A stretch of 55,409 nt of DNA, taken from assembly GCF_001194135.2 (NCBI RefSeq), contig NC_068997.1, forward strand, positions 34,751,655 to 34,807,063. The letters run 5' to 3'. This stretch comes from Octopus bimaculoides. Lineage: Eukaryota. Numbering within the stretch: the first letter of the stretch is position 1; every line of letters begins with the position of its first letter. Below are positions 51,100-55,409 of this stretch, in pieces. The position numbers and the translations under genes were made by a program. Under the pieces are notes generated by a model, which saw nothing but the letters and a program-made list of their open reading frames with translations, did not search any database and was not told the origin of the DNA.

Positions 51100-52020
51100 G
51101 TAAGTTTTGAATGATTTGCCTGTCAGACTTGGTCGTAGGATTTGCTGATGTCTAGAGCAACAACATTGTTTTCACCGAATTTCTCTAAAGCAAGAGCCCG
51201 CAAGTGAGTGACATAAGGAAGTAGGTTGCACTTGGTTCTGCGGAAGCTGTACTAGTGGTCACTGAGGAAGAAGAGAGAGAGATGTCGGAGAATGTCATTG
51301 TTAATGGCTATCCCAAACACCATATAGATGTTAGAAATCCAGCCAATTATCGTCCAAGGGAGCTGCCTTTTTTGGAACAGAACATACTGCATCGTACTTC
51401 CAAATGTCAGAATAAACTGCCTAGAGAGTAAGAGATTAAAGAGTTCGGTGTTTATAGAAGCAAGTTCTATGGCACTACGTTTGAGAGCAATAGATGGGAT
51501 ATTGTCAGGGTTGGTGGCTTTGTTTACTTAAAGCAATTGGAGGTATTTCTGCACTTGATGGTTGTGTATGAGGGTTGGGGAGCCTACTGGAATGGAAAAG
51601 TGTTTTGGTTGTTTGCTGGTCTCAGCTGCTATAGTCGTGCATGGCTCATCATTGAAGTGGCAGTGTGCTCCCCAAAAAATTCCATTTATTTTGATCCCTT
51701 CGTAAAACGGATGCTAAGATATGCTTTAGATACCTTGGTAAGTTTTGCTCTCAATTCAGGTCGTGCGTAAGAGTGGTTTATATGAAAAGAGCGATTTTAT
51801 GAGTATGCTCTAGATGAATATTGTTAGATTGAAGTAAATATTGTGTGAATATTTTACAAATACTCTTAGAGTATTTGTCCCAATCTATTCATGTGAAGCG
51901 GTGGATAATGACATATGTACAGTGTTGTTAGTAAATTGTGGTATGAGGATGTTTTATTATGATATGAGTGGTACTAGGCGATGAGCGGATGATGTCTGAA
52001 AGTGTGGGTGAGTGGCAATG
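51100..52020 (-). mobile_element. CR1/L2-like LINE RT N-terminal remnant
   Basis: NKATNPDNIPSIALKRSAIELAS; WKY..KKG; LSDH*YSFRR; VVALDISKSYDQV. Confidence 0.75.
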
Positions 52021-53812
52021 CTATTCAGATTTTTTAAAATTTCAAAATTTTCTGCTGGGCACTAGATATCTTCCTTCTCTTTAGTTAAATATAACTGAAA
52101 TAATTTTTTTAAATTACAAAGCTTCACTGCAAGTGAAACTATAATGTAAACACAAGCCTTTCATGTCATTTTCAAAGCCTTTCAGAGAAGACAGCTTCCT
52201 TCCCCAATCAATAGCATAGATCAACTGCTGTATATATCAGTTATAAATGTGGTGAATACCGAGGTGAATAGCCTAATTTTCATATATGTGTACTTTTGAC
52301 GGCTTGTCGTCAATTGAATATCTACCCTATGCACAACATAACTTAAATCAGAACTGAAGTGAATTTTAAACATTGCAAAGTTTCGCCGTAATATAAATGG
52401 AATATAAATATCTTCTTTCTTTGTTATGTGTAAAGAAAGAGGGAGGGAGTCTTTCTGACGGTCCTTTCTCAGTTTTTGAGCCACGCTTCAGAGATGTTCC
52501 CGGCTTCATTCCGTAATCAATAGCATAAATTAGCATAGAAAACTGTGTCTAATTTCATCCACTGTGAGGTTTTGTCATGTTGAAATTCCTTCAGTTCTTC
52601 TAATTTATGTTGTGTCGTGTATAAATTAAGTACGTTAGGTATGTTAACCGGACAAGTTAGTTTCTTTAGCTTCTCTGTAATACAAATTTTATTGCAATTT
52701 CCTCGTCCATTGGTTTATTTCTAACCTCCCTCAGTACTTGACCCGGACACAACCCAGTAGGGGGAACAATACTGGAAAAGATGTCTACCTTTCTTATTCA
52801 CAACCTTGCCTGTTGTGTGTGTACACCTGTGTAATCAGGAGAGATAATATCAGTGTGTGTGAGTGTAAGCGCATTACCATTTATTCATGGTTGTGAATGA
52901 ATATGAGCCTGGACAAGAGAATATCAGATATATCAGAATATTATCCCAATTCGTTATAGTAACTTTCATATTAATTTATATTTTAATTATTTTCAATGTT
53001 ATGTTAGACTTTATTCCAATTCTGATTGTATTTTAACCTTGTTCTAAGTTCAGCCCTATTTGTTCTTTATTGTGCCCCCGTGTCCATAAGTGATTATTTC
53101 GCTTGAATTTCTAACGTGATTGTATTAGTGATGTCGACGCCTCATTTCACCCGTAATCTACCCCACATTCTCGTCACCCATATTAGCAGAATGTCATTTG
53201 TGTTTCTAATTGAATAATTTCTGATTAATCGGTGAGTATGAAACAATTGGTAATAGATTATTAATTTAAATCCCATTAAAGAATTTACTGACCAGTGTTG
53301 AAAAGTCCTTCTTCCAGTTCCTTGTTTATGCGCTATGATTTCCTGATATCAGTCAAGCACTGAATACGAACAAAGAAAGGAAGGACAGAGCAATGCGATA
53401 TCACATTGTCCTACAAAAATATGTCTATTCGACCTAGGAAACTGTATACAAGACGATTCATCGGAAAAGAAGCAAAACAGAATGTACTAAGAAGAATGGA
53501 ATGGCTATCGTTTTTCTTCGAGATAGATACGTCCAGTTCATCTGCAAGGGAGAGCTTCGGTTCTAAATGTTGCCTAGGTATAAAAAACTAAATTAGATAA
53601 AAACTAAATTAGATAAAAAAACTAAAATAGATTCATAAAAATTCTCATTAGAATTGACAACAGATTCCAAAGTAGGCTAAAAGAATTTCTACCAAGCTAC
53701 AAAACTCACTCAGCATCATTATCAAAGATGTTTAATATAAAAAAACATATGCGGAACAGTGAGACGTACTTATAATAGTTATAATACTATAAGGGCATAT
53801 AAAAATGCTAGC

Positions 53813-53867
<55 letters not shown>

Positions 53868-54375
53868 NNNNNNNNNNNNNNNNNNNNNNNNNNNNNNNNN
53901 NNNNNNNNNNNNNNNNNNNNNNNNNNNNNNNNNNNNNNNNNNNNNNNNNNNNNNNNNNNNNNNNNNNNNNNNNNNNNNNNNNNNNNNNNNNNNNNNNNNN
54001 NNNNNNNNNNNNNNNNNNNNNNNNNNNNNNNNNNNNNNNNNNNNNNNNNNNNNNNNNNNNNNNNNNNNNNNNNNNNNNNNNNNNNNNNNNNNNNNNNNNN
54101 NNNNNNNNNNNNNNNNNNNNNNNNNNNNNNNNNNNNNNNNNNNNNNNNNNNNNNNNNNNNNNNNNNNNNNNNNNNNNNNNNNNNNNNNNNNNNNNNNNNN
54201 NNNNNNNNNNNNNNNNNNNNNNNNNNNNNNNNNNNNNNNNNNNNNNNNNNNNNNNNNNNNNNNNNNNNNNNNNNNNNNNNNNNNNNNNNNNNNNNNNNNN
54301 NNNNNNNNNNNNNNNNNNNNNNNNNNNNNNNNNNNNNNNNNNNNNNNNNNNNNNNNNNNNNNNNNNNNNNNNNNN

Positions 54376-54434
<59 letters not shown>

Positions 54435-54504
54435 TCGAGATTTATTGACATCCCAATTTTTTTATCGAAAACATTTTCTACACCATATATAACAATGACC
54501 GACA

Positions 54505-54682
54505 GGAATGGCTGTGTGGTAAATAGTTTGATTACCATCCACATGGTTCCGGGTTCAGTCCCACTGCGTGGCACCTTCTCCTATAGCCTCCCGCAGACGA
54601 AATCCTTGTGAGTGGATTTAGTAATGGAAACTGTTGTATATTTGTGCGTGTGTATGTGTGTGTGTGTATGTGTGTGTGTGTA

Positions 54683-54717
<35 letters not shown>

Positions 54718-54902
54718 TTGTCTCTTCACCATCGCTTCACAACCGATGTTGGTGTGTTTACGTCATAGTAAGTTAGCGGTTCAGTAAAAGAGGGTAATAA
54801 GATAAGTACTAGGCTTACGAAGAATAAATCCTGGGGCCGATTTATTCGACTAAAGGCAGTGCTCCAGCATGACCACAGTCAAATGACTGAAGCAAGTAAA
54901 AG
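54505..54902 (+). mobile_element. Full-length tRNA-derived SINE (same family as 49478)
   Basis: ggctgtgtggtaaa..gggttcagtcccactgcgtggcacc..ccagcatgaccacagtcaaatgactgaagcaagtaaaag. Confidence 0.9.
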
Positions 54903-54918
54903 AACAGAATATGTTTCT

Positions 54919-55154
54919 TATTTTTTATTGCCCACAAGGGGCTAAACATAGAGGGGACAAACAAGTCCACACAAAGGGATTAAGTCGATTACATCGACCC
55001 GAGTGCGTATCTGGTACTTAATTTATCGACCCCGAAACGATGAAAGGCAAAGTAGACCTCGGCGGAATTTGAACTTCGAACGTAACGGCAGACGAAATAC
55101 CTCTATGCATTTCGCCCGGCGTGCTAACGTTTCTACCAGCTCACCGCCTTCAAT
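54919..55154 (-). mobile_element. Full-length SINE (same family as 50712) with 16 bp TSD
   Basis: Reverse complement of the 50712 family; aacagaatatgtttct at 54903-54918 and 55155-55170. Confidence 0.93.
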
Positions 55155-55279
55155 AACAGAATATGTTTCTACTGCAGCAACTGCATATTGCTCTGTATGC
55201 AATTATGCATCCTAGTCGCTGCACTTTCATCAAGGGTACATCACTTACGACATTTTCAAAGTGAACTAATTCAAAGAAG

Positions 55280-55409
55280 CTTCTTGTGAGAGGATTTGGT
55301 AGACGGAAACTGAAAGAAGCCCATCGTATGTATATATATATGTATATATATATATATATATGTACATGTTTGTGTGTCTGTGTTTTCCCCACCACCACCA
55401 CCACCACAC
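55280..55409 (+). mobile_element. SINE central fragment running off the window end
   Basis: cttgtgagaggatttggtagacggaaactgaaagaagccc. Confidence 0.8.

Noticed and set aside
52185-52530. Short recurrence of cttcagaga..aatcaatagcata about 310 bp apart
   Set aside because: Similarity is too short to establish a duplication or element.

Overview
AT-rich, microsatellite-dense eukaryotic scaffold with many N gaps. It is most likely cephalopod (Octopus-type); this is inferred from its tRNA-derived SINE families and repeat landscape, not proven. No host protein-coding gene could be confidently identified; the only exon candidate is a unique island at about 13.26-13.44 kb. The window is essentially a graveyard of decayed transposable elements: at least four Penelope-like elements (PLEs) from three apparent lineages, stacked R4/Dong-like restriction-like-endonuclease (RLE) LINEs sitting in (TAA)n arrays, Tx1/L1, RTE and CR1/L2 LINE fragments, a CRE-like RLE fragment, a Chapaev3-like DNA transposon with TIRs and TTA TSD, a mariner MITE, two fold-back elements and many SINEs. 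I found no clearly new biological system. The best leads are RNA-level: (1) an intact minimal hammerhead ribozyme core with a long loop-II insertion at 23066-23150 (minus strand); (2) a TSD-flanked PLE whose 3' end carries a tRNA-like Pol III head, an (AAT)n tract and a hammerhead remnant, with a fold-back micro-repeat at its inversion junction; (3) head-to-tail arrays of TAA-targeting RLE retroelements. All family assignments come from motif recognition by eye, not database searches, and most element boundaries are approximate.
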